NCBI RefSeq assembly: GCF_009914755.1 | Contig: NC_060939.1 | DNA: 64,000 bases | Origin: the human T2T-CHM13v2.0 reference genome, Homo sapiens | Reading direction: 5' to 3' (one strand) | In this document: positions 1 to 12,376 of the stretch, piece after piece | Numbering within the stretch: the first letter of the stretch is position 1 | Layout: each line of letters begins with the position of its first letter | The notes under the pieces: generated by a model | The model's input: only the letters and a program-made list of their open reading frames with translations | Told to the model about the DNA's origin: nothing | Databases searched by the model: none | Made by a program: the position numbers and the translations under genes

Positions 1-56
1 CCCCCTTCGGCCTGCCAAAGTGCTGGGATTACAGGCGTGAGCCACCGCGCCCAGCC
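1..56 (-). mobile_element. Alu 5' end (window-truncated)
   Basis: ccaaagtgctgggattacaggcgtgagccaccgcgcccagcc = reverse complement of Alu start. Confidence 0.9.
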
Positions 57-689
57 GGTGTGTTGCTTTTTATATCTTTTTATACATGTAAACATTTTGA
101 AAAGTAGAATCATAATAGATAATCTTTTGTCACTAACTATATTTTGGGCATATTTCTGTGGCAGTAAATATATCCTGGCATCATCATTTTTAATAGCTGG
201 ATGTATATTAAGTTAATCATTGGCACCCCAGAGGTGAATTTTCTTATATACACATTTTAATGGACTCGAGCAAGCATTTTTGGACTGAATTCATAGAAGT
301 AGAATTTCTGGAGGGTAATAATTTTTAGGGTCTTTAATAGAAATTTTCAAATTATCCTCCAGGAAAAGTGGCTAAGTTTATACTCCCACCAACAGGGACA
401 GAGCTCCAGGTTCCCCCTTCCATTTGTCATCGTTGTGCCTTTATACAGAAAATGTCATTGTTTTCATGACATTTCCTTGATTTCTAGTGCTTTTGAATCT
501 TTTTTATATACCTATTGGCCATTTTTATTTTTGTGAGTAGTGCCTGTTTCTCTATTGCCCATTTTTTGTTGAAAATCATTTGTTTTTTGTTTCTGAGTAA
601 TTTTAAACATTTCTTTATAGGCTAAGGATACAAACTTTTTATTTGTCACTGAGGTTACAAAAACTTTCTCCTAGTAAGTAATTTGTCAT

Positions 690-881
690 TTCATTTTATT
701 TTTTCTATTCTTTCTTCCTACCCTTCCCTTTCCTTTTTTTCCTTTCCTTTCTTTTTTCTTTCCTTTCTTTCCTTCCTTTTTTCCTTTTCTTTCTTTCTTT
801 CCTTCCTTCTTTTCTTTTTCCTTTTCCCCTTCACTCCCTCCCTCCTTCCCTCCCTCCTTCCTTCCTTTCTTCCTTCTCCCT
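690..881. repeat. Pyrimidine-rich simple repeat (TTTC/TTCC/CCCT)n
   Basis: ~190 bp almost purely C/T on the + strand; source of ORFs 683..946 and 686..898. Confidence 0.9.
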
Positions 882-989
882 CCAAACTCCAAAGTCACAT
901 TTCACTTCATTTTTATCCTGCCAAATTTGAAAGCTTTTTAACTTAGTGATTTTTGTGTAAACAGGAGCAGGAGAGAATGTAATTATCTA

Positions 990-1263
990 GGTCTCGCTAT
1001 GTCACCCAGGCTGGAGTGCAGTGCCATAATCATAGCTACTGCAGCCTCGAACTCCTGGGCAGAAGCAGTTTTCCCACCTCAGCCTGCTGACTAGCTAGGA
1101 CTACAGGTGTGTGCCACCATGCCCAGCTGTTTTTTAAAATTTTTTGTAGAGATGTGAATTCGCTATGCTTCCCAGGCTTGTCTTGAACTCCTGACGTCAA
1201 GTAATCCTCCCACCTTGGCTTGTCAAAGTACTAGGATTACAGATGTGTACTACTGCTCCTGGC
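990..1263 (-). mobile_element. Alu (AluJ-like)
   Basis: gtctcgctatgtcacccaggctggagtgcagtg...ctaggattacagatgtg...cctggc. Confidence 0.85.
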
Positions 1264-2014
1264 TGAGAGTTTAATTTTCTTTGCTAGTGATGTTCTTGGT
1301 ATCTTTTCATATTTGAGGCTTTGGTGCTAGTGCTGAAGTATTACACTCACCATCCAAGGTTTATAGGACTTTTGTGTTAATATGGAACAGACAGAACTGT
1401 TTAGTTCTGCATCTTTGCAGGCACACAAAATGTGCCTACCAGGACGCTGCTTTATATCCATTGAAAGCAAGAAGTAATACAGTAAAACTTTGCCTGGCTA
1501 GAGGCTTTGAAGGAATGGAGTGTTCTGGTTGAATTCTATTAACTTGGAAGTATGAAGGTGAAAAAAATTCAGAACTTAAATTTCCTTGGAATGCAATTTG
1601 AAAATATAGCCAATGATTCCACTTTTCTTCTCTAGTAAGTTTGGACATTCCAATCTACTTGGTGTTTTATTATAGAACTCCTACTGTGCCTGAGACTTAT
1701 ATTGTGAAGATACTTTTTTAAAATTTTAGCTGTAAGAGGATGTAAATGGTTTTGTATGAAGTCAGGCTGGATGAGAACTAATACTTGTAAATATGTTTTT
1801 TAGACTAAACTTCTGACTGCCACTTGTTTTCTTATTGAACTCATAAAAATAAAACACATTGGATGGAGGGTGGGAGTAGGAAGGAGAGTTAAGTGTTTTA
1901 ATTGCATGTCATTGTTTCATATCGAGATAGAATATATAGTATCCCTGGCTTTGGACCTACAGAAGAAACACATTTTTCTACCTGCTGTATGGCAGAGGTT
2001 CCTGAGCACCTGGA

Positions 2015-2173
2015 GGGATTACTGCGGCACAGATTGCTGAGTCCTACTCCAGAGATTCTGATTCACCACGTCCAGGGTAGGGCCTGAGAATTTGCACTTA
2101 CAGAAAGTTCTCAGGTGCTGCTGCTGCTGCTGCTGCTGCTGCTAGTCCAGAGACTACATTACTGAGAACCACT
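2015..2173. mobile_element. MER5A-like hAT DNA transposon relic containing (CTG)9
   Basis: cacagattgctg...gattctgattca...gggcctgagaatttgca...aagttctcaggtg(ctg)n...tgagaaccact; (TGC)9 at 2116-2143. Confidence 0.7.
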
Positions 2174-2484
2174 CTTGTCTACTAACTGTAAACTGTAGCA
2201 CTCTAAACAAAAGCTTAGTTTGGTCTGGCATAAGAAGCACACAGGTTATGGAGCAAATCATGAAAGATTCAACCCTTGATCCCAGCCTCGTGTGAAATTC
2301 AGGTAACAAGCAGTACACAGTGACATAACACAATTCTTGGTTTTCATGATTGTAAGTCATAGCCAAGTATCAAGTGAGAAATTCAGTTTCATTTGCAAGG
2401 CTTAGAGAAGCCAAGTGATTCTAGAAAAATGGACCTTGTATTTGTTTTAAATTGGTAAAGAGCTTTGAGTGCTTATTAAATTGA

Positions 2485-2850
<366 letters not shown>

Positions 2851-3124
2851 TAAGAAAAAAAATCTTAACAGTAACGTAGGAGAATAAGATAAACATTTTT
2901 CCAAAAAAGAGAATCACTGTGATTATTTTATCTTATTGGAATGTTGGATAATATAGTCTTCTTCATTAATCATCAAGCATGCTATGGATTTTCCATTTTT
3001 ATAGGATCTGTATCTCAGTTAAGGTAATACTGGTAATTTTTTTAATGGATTTGAAGATGAAAAATATAGGCCAAAATCATAGACCTTGCATAGAAGCTGG
3101 GTAATGAAGACAGCTCTGGAGGAA

Positions 3125-3207
3125 CACATAGATACACATACACAGAAACACACATATATGTATATGTATATGTATATATATATATATGTATGTATAAAGT
3201 ATACACA
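3125..3207. repeat. (CA)n/(TA)n/(TATG)n microsatellite
   Basis: cacatatatgtatatgtatatgtatatatatatatatgtatgtata. Confidence 0.85.
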
Positions 3208-3234
3208 CTTTTTTTTAAATTTTAAAGCAAAAGC

Positions 3235-3470
3235 TGGCCCCTCCCCTCTCACAGAGTGGGCGGGGACAGCGGTTGCCTGGGCAGCTTTCCTTGTGAGCCA
3301 CAGGTCCCTCTGGACACACTGGGGCCCGGCCACGCCCCCTTTCCCTTTCATCTTTGTCATTGACCAATGGGCTTGGAGCATTAAGGCCACGCCCCTATTC
3401 TGCATTCTACTGGAGCCCTGGTTACGCCTCCTCTGGCTCAGTCACACGGCTGCCTGGTAGGTGACTGGAT
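3235..3470 (+). promoter_or_regulatory. GOLGA8-type proximal promoter (GC boxes + CCAAT box)
   Basis: GGGCGGGG 3258-3265; two GGCCACGCCCC Sp/KLF motifs 3328-3338 and 3385-3395; CCAAT 3364-3368; directly upstream of golgin exon 1. Confidence 0.6.
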
Positions 3471-5483
3471 GCATTGATAGTGCTCACTGGGATTTCGCTG
3501 ACGTGGCCCCAACCCTGCCTCCCTACCCACCCCACAATAGCAGAAGAAACTCGACAGAGCAAATTGGCTGTAGCCAATACAAAGGTAAAAATTCCAGGTC
3601 ATCACCCCCCAACCCAGCCACAGATCCCCTCTGATGACAAGACCGCTGCCAGAGTCCATACCACTCCTGAGGCACACCGGACTGCCTCTGGGCTCCACCC
3701 ACCAAAGTCTTGTCAGTCAGCCCTGCCCCTTCAGCAAGCAGCCCAGTCCCTGCCCTCTCCAATCACCCCATGGTGACTTTGGGTGGGTGACTCTTGGGGA
3801 TTCCCACTCCATTACTGGGCCCTCACCTCCTACCGCCCCAAACTCAACCTCCCTGGGCTCTTTGGGCTCACATCTCCAAGGACCTTGGTCCCCCAGCCCC
3901 AGGCCCCGCCCTCGCCAGTCATCCCTGGGTGACTTTGGGCTGGTGACTCCTGAGGCTCCCTGCTGCAGACTCTGCCCTCCCCTCCTGCTGCCTCAAGGTC
4001 GACCTCCCTGGGCTCTTTGCGCTGGCGTCTCCAAGGAGCTGGGTCCCAACCCTGTGTTTCCCTCCCCCATCATGGAGCAGCAACTCAGACATCGTGCTGA
4101 TGTCCCTCCCCACGACCAGGAGGGTGGAATGTAGTGATGTCACAATCCACCTGGGAACTGTCATTACTGCAAGACCAGCCTTTGATCTTATGACCCAGTC
4201 CCCTAAGCGTTGTCACCCCATTTCTGATTCCTCTGGTCACAGCACAAATTTCCAGCTGCAAAGGGAATGGAGATTATGGGACCTAGGAGCAAGAGGTTTC
4301 AGGCTGCCTTACTCCCTTAACATAGACACTGACAGTGGGAAAAGCCTACACTTCCCCCATGAGCTCAAAACGTTAACAGTGTCTCTGGGTGGCAATGGGA
4401 GAATTGGTTTGGTTTGGTTTTCTCCCAGGCTTCTACTTTCCAGAGAGATTTTAACTTTTTTCTCAGTTCTCCACCTCATATTCTAATTCTCCATGGTTCT
4501 GGGACCAGACTGCCCTTCAGTCAGTGGTCTCTGAAGTGAGATTTGCTCATCTTCTGTGGAATAGATCTTGGGAAACTGAACTTGACAGCTTGAATCTTCC
4601 TCATATTATCTCAACCTTGGGTACTTTGAGTGCCACAGAATAAATGTGGGACATCTTTCTGAAGCATCAGTTTCCCTTGATTCTCTTGAGATCAAGAGAA
4701 AAAACATGAATGTACTTAGGGATGACAGTCACATAGGCTTCTAAGAGTATACCAGACTTCTCTCTGAAATGAGGCTTGGTTTGTCATCTTTCTGATAAAT
4801 TCCCAGATTTAACAAAAAGCCTGCCTTCTGCCATGAGGACACATTGATATAAAAGTTTGAGAGGTACTGGTGCACTTCTTCACACTAACAGACGTGTGAG
4901 GATGTATGACTCTAAACCACATGGCATACAGTTCCTGCCTACTTAATGTTTACTTTTCTACCTCTGCCTCTGGTTTTGGTCCCTGGCAGCTGCTGATTCT
5001 TGGCAAAACCCCAGAGCTTGGAGTCAGAAGACTGAGTTTCAAAGTCCCAGTATCGCCTTTTTCTTTTTTTTTCTTTTTTCTAGCCATGATATCAATCCCT
5101 CTCAGTCACTAAATGATTGTGACAACACCTTGTACAGTTGTTGGTGTCGTTAAATCAGATGGTGTATAAGAGTATTTTGTAAAAACTGTAAAGGAGGATG
5201 TGGCTGTAGGGGCTGACAGTTCTTATGAGTATTACTGCTCTTCTTTCCCACAGTTAAAAGAATATTGGCAGAAAAACAGCCCTAGAGTTCCAGAAGGAGC
5301 CAAGAGGAACAGGAAAACAAATGGCAGTATCCCTGAGACAGCCACTTCTGGTGGTTGCCAGTCACCTGGGGATGTGAGTCTTGGCTGGCCAGGCTTCTGG
5401 GGACAGGGGGCCCAAGGGGCAATAGAAGGTAATTGTTGAGATCACGGATGGACTGTTGGGTGATGGTTAAGAATTCTGGGTTT

Positions 5484-5790
5484 GGCCAGGTGTGCTGGCT
5501 CACGCCTGTAATCCTAGCACTTTGGGAGACCAAGGCAGGTGGATCACAAGGTCAGGAGATTGAGACCATCCTGGCTAACATGGTGAAACCCCGTGTCTAC
5601 TAAAAAATACAAAGAAATTTGCCAGGCATGGTGGTGGGCGCCTGTAGTCCCAGCTACTCAGGAGGCTGAGGCAGGAGAATGGCGTGAACCCAGGAGGTGG
5701 AGCTTGCAGTAAGCCAAGATTGTGCCACTGCACTCTAGCCTGGGAAAGAGCGAGACTCCGTCTCAAAAAAAAAAAAAAAAAAAAAAAAAA
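5484..5790 (+). mobile_element. Alu (AluY/Sc-like) with TSD
   Basis: Full Alu plus long A tail; flanking duplication gaattctgggttt on both sides. Confidence 0.95.
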
Positions 5791-8739
5791 TGGAATTCTG
5801 GGTTTGCATCCTGCCTCTCCGCCTGGTAGGGATATGATTTACGGCAAGTTGCTTGAGCTCTTTGGGCCTCTCTTTTTACATCTGTATAACAGAGATGGTA
5901 TTGTTTGACTTCCATTTGTGAAGTTTAAATGAGATTTGTTTTTGTTGTTTTTATGTTAATCCCTAGTACATGGCCTGCCGTAAACACCCAGGACACCCAG
6001 CATTGCTGTTTGATTTTCCTCATCCCCAGTCTCAAGGGAAAGCCAGGACAATGAGAACAGTCACTTGCCATCAGGAGTCACTGAAAGGGCCCCAGGGTGG
6101 GATGATGTGGAGAAAAGAACCATGAGAGAAGTTGGCACAGAGTTATGGGACAAAGGGTCCAAGATAGGCAGAAAAGAAAATGTTGCCAGTTGATGGGGAA
6201 GAAAGGAAGTCAGAGGGCTCAGACACCGAGGGGGACAGAACATCTCCATGTGCACTCTCATCTCTTGTAGTCAGCAACAGGTATCCACGGGGAGGGCCCT
6301 ACATCATCTGCTACCCTGAAGGATCTGGAGGTAGGAGGCTCTGGGCGGAGGTGCAGTGACCCTGCAGGCCAGCCCTCCATCCTCCTCACACAGTGGGGAC
6401 TGGGTGCCCCTCTGCCAGCTGAGACAGCCCACACACCCCAGCCCTGATGATCGTTTTCTCTACCTCTCCCCCGACTCCTCCTCCACCTCCTCCTCTCTGC
6501 ATGCGCCTCAGAGCCCTGCCAAGAGCCAGCAGTAGTCCTGAACCCAAGGTCCGTAAAAATCAGTCAACTGAAGAACACCATCAAATCTTTGGTAAGAGTC
6601 CAGTGGGGTCCCCTGAGTCCACGCTGCCAATCCTGGGCTCCAGTTTCCCCTTAGGGCCCTGAAGAAAGTGCTGGGGGCCCCTGGTGCCAAGGACAAATAG
6701 GGAGCTGGGGTGCCCAGGCCTCACCTGGAGGGACCCCAGAGCATGCAGCATGGCTCTGCTTTTGCTGCCCTCTTTGCTGACTCTCTCCTCTCCAGACACC
6801 CCTGCTCGAGTCCTTGCTACACACGCCCTGGGGTTGTTGCCTCTCGGGGAATTACTAGCCTGACTGGTTGTCAGGGGCCCTGTATTTCTGCTGTGACTCA
6901 GTTCCTAATTTGCTCTTTGATTCTGGACAAGCCACCTCTCCTTTTTGGTCTTGTGTTTCCAGAGGAGGTAGTGAGTATCAAAGGTCTCTGTTAGCTCTGA
7001 GAGTCCGAGATTTAAAGGCCCCCTAGAATAGAAACCCAGGGCCAAGGGCTCCTGTCTGTCCTTTTCCATCCTATATCTGCTGTGAAGAATCATACCTGGC
7101 CCATACATGCTCAGTACACGTTTATTGAGTGAACCCACTTTTCTAAATCACAAGCTGCCAGAAGGAGGGGCCTTTCTGAAACTCCATCTCTAGGGGTTTA
7201 TGTTACTGTCCTCTCAAGAGAGTCCTGATTCAGACTTTGAGTTCTGTGGCTGTGGGCAAAAACCAACAAAGACCCAAATCCTCTGTCCTTGGGAGCTTGA
7301 AGAGAGTTTACCAGTTCATGTTCCCATTGGGTCTGAGAACTTTGCCTTTAAAATCCATTCCTGGCCCCTGCCTACCGCTTCCTGTCTGGGGAATAGAGTT
7401 GAGGGGGCCACCCTCCATCACCTTAATTTGACTCTTCCCACAGAAACAACAGAAGAAACAAGTGGAACATCAGCTGGAAGAAGTAACGTGATTTCTTTAT
7501 TTGCTCGCGACACGACTGCTGGGTTTGGGGGGCACTCAGACATAGAGGCCTCAGTCTCATCTCGCCCACTCCCAGCCTGGGGAAGGAGGCTCACCCCTCA
7601 GATTCCACCCCATCCCCACAGGGTCCCTGATAACCTGGTCCCATGGGTGGGCCTGTCCTGGGGCATTGGTGGCATTCTGGGGGCATGTCTCTTGCTGTGC
7701 CGTCTCTGCGTCTCCCTGGTAAGAGCTCTGTCTTCCTCTTCCTATAGGAAAAGCAAACGAGAAACAAAAAGCCAAAAGGGAGCTAGAGGTGAGTGGAGGG
7801 CGTGAAGCTTCCTCCTGTCCTCCGGGGAGAGTGTTTCTTTCCTTCTCTTTCAGCACTTGCTTGGTTTTTCTCCCAAAGGTTCAAATCCAGAGGTTGAACA
7901 TACAGAAAAAGTAACTAAATACGGACCTATATGACACGAAATGTTCTCTCAGATACTTTGAAGGTAGGAATCTGGGCACCCTGTCATCCTTCAACCTGGC
8001 ACTTTGACGGGTCTTCACGGGGAGTCGTTTGGGCCCCATCTCAACTCTCTCATTACTGAAGAGTCCAAGGATCTGGCGGGCTGCCTGCAATATTCATTGC
8101 AGTGTATAGGAGAGTTAGAGCGGGCTCTCTCTGCTGTCACCACCACAGAGGAGAAGGAGATCAGTGTGAGTTCAACCACTTGCCCTGTCCCCTGGGTGCC
8201 CAGCTTCACAGATGGAGGAGCGAGCCTAAAGGTCCCTTCTGCAGGTTGGAGTGTCCTGCCCAGAAGGCAGCATGGCCATTTCTCGCTGCTTTTTTGTATG
8301 GTTGTTAGAGGCAGCGTGGGGCTGAGTCAGCTGCTGTGGGTGAGTTGGGGGGCACTTTGGGGAGTGAGCACTGGACACAGAGATTGGAGGCCAAGTGCCT
8401 GCCCTGCCCTTACCTGGCTGTGGTCTCGGCCAAGTCCTAGGTGGGGTATTGGGTACTTGTACTGTGAAGGTACAGAAGAGTACCTTTAGTATGTTACCAT
8501 TTCTGTAGAGAGAGGAAATGTGTGTGTGTGTGCATGTTTGTGTACATACTATGATAATATACATAAAACATGTCTGCAAGTGTTCATAAAAAATTCAGGA
8601 GAGAGCAACAGGGTGGCTGGGAGATACTTCCCTTCTGTACTTTCTGAGTTTGGGACTATGCGAATGTATCATCATTTCAAAAAGTGAACAAAAGATTAAT
8701 TTTCCCCTTCCTATCTGTGCCCCCACCCCTAGCAAGAAA

Positions 8740-8935
8740 AATGGGTTTAGAGAATCAGATAGACCTGGGTGTTCAAATCCCAGCTCTGCCTAAGTGATCT
8801 TAGGCAAGCACTTAACCTCAAATACTCCATGTTTTTTCATCTACACAATAGAGGTCATCATAGTAACTGTCTCCTATGGTGGCGAGGATTAAATGGGATT
8901 GCTAGCATGGAACTCGTTGAAGCACTCCATAAAGG
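8740..8935. mobile_element. MIR SINE relic
   Basis: agacctgggtgttcaaatcccagctctgcc...tgatcttaggcaagcacttaacctc...gaggattaaatg. Confidence 0.65.
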
Positions 8936-11024
8936 TTCAAACAGTGGTAATAATAACAGTAATAACCATAGCAATATTATCTGATCTCTCTGGGCCTCTG
9001 TTAGCCAGCTGTAAATTCGATCTCTTTCCCTGTCCCTTCCAACTTTTCTGAGTTCTTTTAAAAACCAGACCATGGGCTTGGAAATGCCTTGATCTTTACT
9101 GACCGAGTTGTATATTGAGCCTAGCCCTGGCCCTTTTAAGGGGTACTGTGTGGAATGTCCCGGCCTCCCCAGATTGGAACTTCTCACTCTTCGCCATCCA
9201 GTTCTCGAGCCGCAGCAGAGCACATACGGAGTGGGAGTTAGAGCAGTCCCTACAGGAGAAGGCACGGCTGAAGGCATAGCTAACACGGGTGAGGTTTTGC
9301 AGAGGGAGGGATGTGGAAGGAAGATGACCCCAGGTGGCCAGGAGCAGGTGAGGACCAGTGACAGCCCTTCCTAACTTCTGTGCCCATTCTTGCAGTTGAA
9401 GGAGTCGTTTCAACAAGTCCAATTACAGAGAGATAACTATGCTCAACAAATAAAAGGAGAGAGGGCCCGGTGGCAGCAGAGGATGAGAAAAATGTCGCAG
9501 GAGGTGAGATCTGACCCTTCAGCCCCCCCACATTAGATAGGTCACTGGATCTTTCTGGGCATCTGTAAAATGGGAATAGTAGAGCCAGAGGTGGTCATGG
9601 GTCTGGGCTTTGTGGAGGTGGGGGCAGAGAGGGAGAGGGCAGCCTGTCCAGCCTCCAGCCCCTCTCTCCAGGGCCCTTTCCCCCTGTGCTTTGGGCAGGT
9701 TTACACACTGAAGACAGAGAAGGAGCATTATACACATCGGGTAGAGGGGCTGGAGAGGAGCTTGTCCAAACTCAAAAACCAGATGGGTAAGATGGGGCTG
9801 GCGTGACCTGGGAGCAGGACTGGCATCAGAGGGCTGTGAGGGTGGCTTCGAATGCCCCAGGGAGGTGGGTGGATGGAAGGGAGAGGGAGGCAGAGGGAAA
9901 GAGGTCTGTGCTAGGAGACGGCAAGTCTTGTCATCTCCATGAGCCTCAGGGTCCTTATCAGCAAAGGGGGCCCATTGTCAGCCACCCACAGTTCTCTCTA
10001 TCTGAAAGTGGCTTTGAAGACTGGCTACCATCCGGCTGTGAGGAATCATTAGAAGTGAGGCCAAGTTTGGGGAGCCTGAGAGGAGCTGTGTACCAAGAGG
10101 ACGGTTTTTGTTTTGTTTTGTTTTGTTTGAGAATCCAGAAGCCCTTATTATCTGCTTCCTTTCTCAGCTGAACCCCTGCCTCCAGAGCCCCCAGCAGTGC
10201 CCTCTGAGGTGGAGCCACAGCACCTGAGGAAGGAACTAGATAGAGTGGCAGGAGAGCTCCAGGTCCAGGTCAAAAACAATCAGCGCATAAGTCTCCTGAA
10301 CTGGGGACAAGACGAGAGGATTCGAGAGCAGGAAGAGAGGCTTCGGAAGCAGGAGGAGAGGCTTTAGGAGCAGCATAAGAGGCTTCAGCAGCTGGCCGAG
10401 CCACAGAGCATCTTCAAGGAGCTGGTGCGTTGCCCCTCCTGGGGAGCCTGCCCTCCCAAGCCCTCTGGGCCTTTGTTTCCCCACCTCTAAAATGGGGCAG
10501 TGTAGCCCTCATGTGAAAGGTTACTTCTAAAGGCACCTGTGAGCCAGGTGGCTGTGGGAGAGAGGGGATGATTTTTCTAACCGGCCTCCAGACTTCCCAG
10601 TGCCATGGGAGGCAGACACCAAGTTCTGGGGTCTCCAGCTGCAGTGGGTGGCTGCTGATTGCTTCTCTCTGTCCAGAACAATGAGAACAAGAGCGCACTG
10701 CAGTTGGAGCAGCAAGTAAAGGAGCTACAGGAGAAGCTTGGTGAGGTGAAGGACACGGAAACCTCCACCCCATCCAAAAAGGGCTGGGAGGCAGGCAGCA
10801 GCCTCTGGGGAGGGGAGGTACCAAGCCAGAGGCAGCTCCAGCCTGGGGGCTGGTGACCCCAGCACCATCCAGGGCAGTACTGTGACTGTTTCTTGCTTCC
10901 TGCCCTCTGACTTTTAGAGGTGGGTAGCCCTGGGCTCCTCTCAGGTCTGGACATCATCATCACAGCTAGAGGCATGGAGCCCCCAATCACAGGGGAAGAG
11001 ACAGTGCTATAACAGGCTCCTTAT

Positions 11025-11377
<353 letters not shown>

Positions 11378-12179
11378 TCACCATTCAAGTACTTTGCATC
11401 TCTAAGTCTCTGTTTCTTTAACTTCAAAGGGAAGTTAGCATTTTCCTTACAGAGGTGCTGAGGATTAAATGAGAAGAGGGTATGAGATTTGAGGCTGGGG
11501 AAGGAGGCATGGGGTTCTAGGAAAGGGAGGCAGTCACTTAGGCCTGGAGTAAGGGGACAGGGGCCTGGGCAGGCGACAGAGCCCCACAGTGCTGTTGCTA
11601 CCCTGTTAATGGGCCCAGAATCTGGAAGCCAGCCACCACATGCCCTCACACCCAGGGTCTTCCTGCAGGTGGAGCTGAAGAGCCAAGAGGCTCAGAGTCT
11701 GCAGCAGCAGCCAGACCATTACCTGGGTCACCTGCAGCAGTACGTGGCCACCTATCAGCAGCAGGTGGCCGCCTATCAGCAGCTGACCTGTGAGAAGGAG
11801 GCGCTGTACAGGCAGTGCCTGCAACAGACCCAGCTAATGAAACAGCTGCAGCAGCAGGAAGTTTGGGGCAAAGCAGTGGCCGAGATGGCCTGCCAAAAGT
11901 TGCAGGAGACCCAGGGGAGGGAGCTGCCAAGGATGGGGCTGTGAGGGGGACGACCTGGCAAACTCCATCCCTTCTCACTCTTTCCTGGCCCCTTAGGAGC
12001 ACCTGGAAGCGGCCAGCCAGCAGAACCAGCAGCTAACGGCCCAGCTGAGCCTCATGGCTCTCCCTGGGGAAGGTACGGGAGACTGCTCAGAGGAAGAGGA
12101 GAGAGCCCCAGGAGGAAGGGGGGACTGCTAGCAGCATAGGATTGAGGAGTTGGAAGAGACCTTTAGAACAGCTGGTCAT

Positions 12180-12376
12180 TATGCCGACCGGGTGCCTGCA
12201 CTAAGTTCGGCATCAGTGTGGTGACCTCCTGTGAGCGGGGGGTCACCAAGTTGCCTAAGGGTGGCTGAACTGGCCAAGGTCAGAAAGGGAGCAGGTCAGA
12301 ACTCCCACATCGACCAGTAGTGGGAGTGTGCCTGGGCGGAATAGCAAGATCTTGATTCTTAAAAGTAAAAATAAAG
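12180..12376 (+). pseudogene. RN7SL: 7SL (SRP) RNA pseudogene, 5'-truncated, S-domain
   Basis: atgccgaccgggtgcctgcactaagttcggcatcagtgtggtgacctcc...ttgcctaagg...aggtcagaaagggagcaggtcagaactccc matches the 7SL S-domain; followed by an A-rich tail. Confidence 0.88.

Noticed and set aside
683-946. F/S/L-rich and K/E/G-rich ORFs
   Set aside because: Artefacts of the pyrimidine simple repeat.
3760-4040. Diverged ~155-bp tandem duplication in golgin intron 1 (ggtgactttggg...ggtgactc)
   Set aside because: Real but old and intronic, with no evidence of function.
7200-7805. 201-aa ORF
   Set aside because: Mostly golgin intron, crossing small exons out of frame; no recognisable domain.
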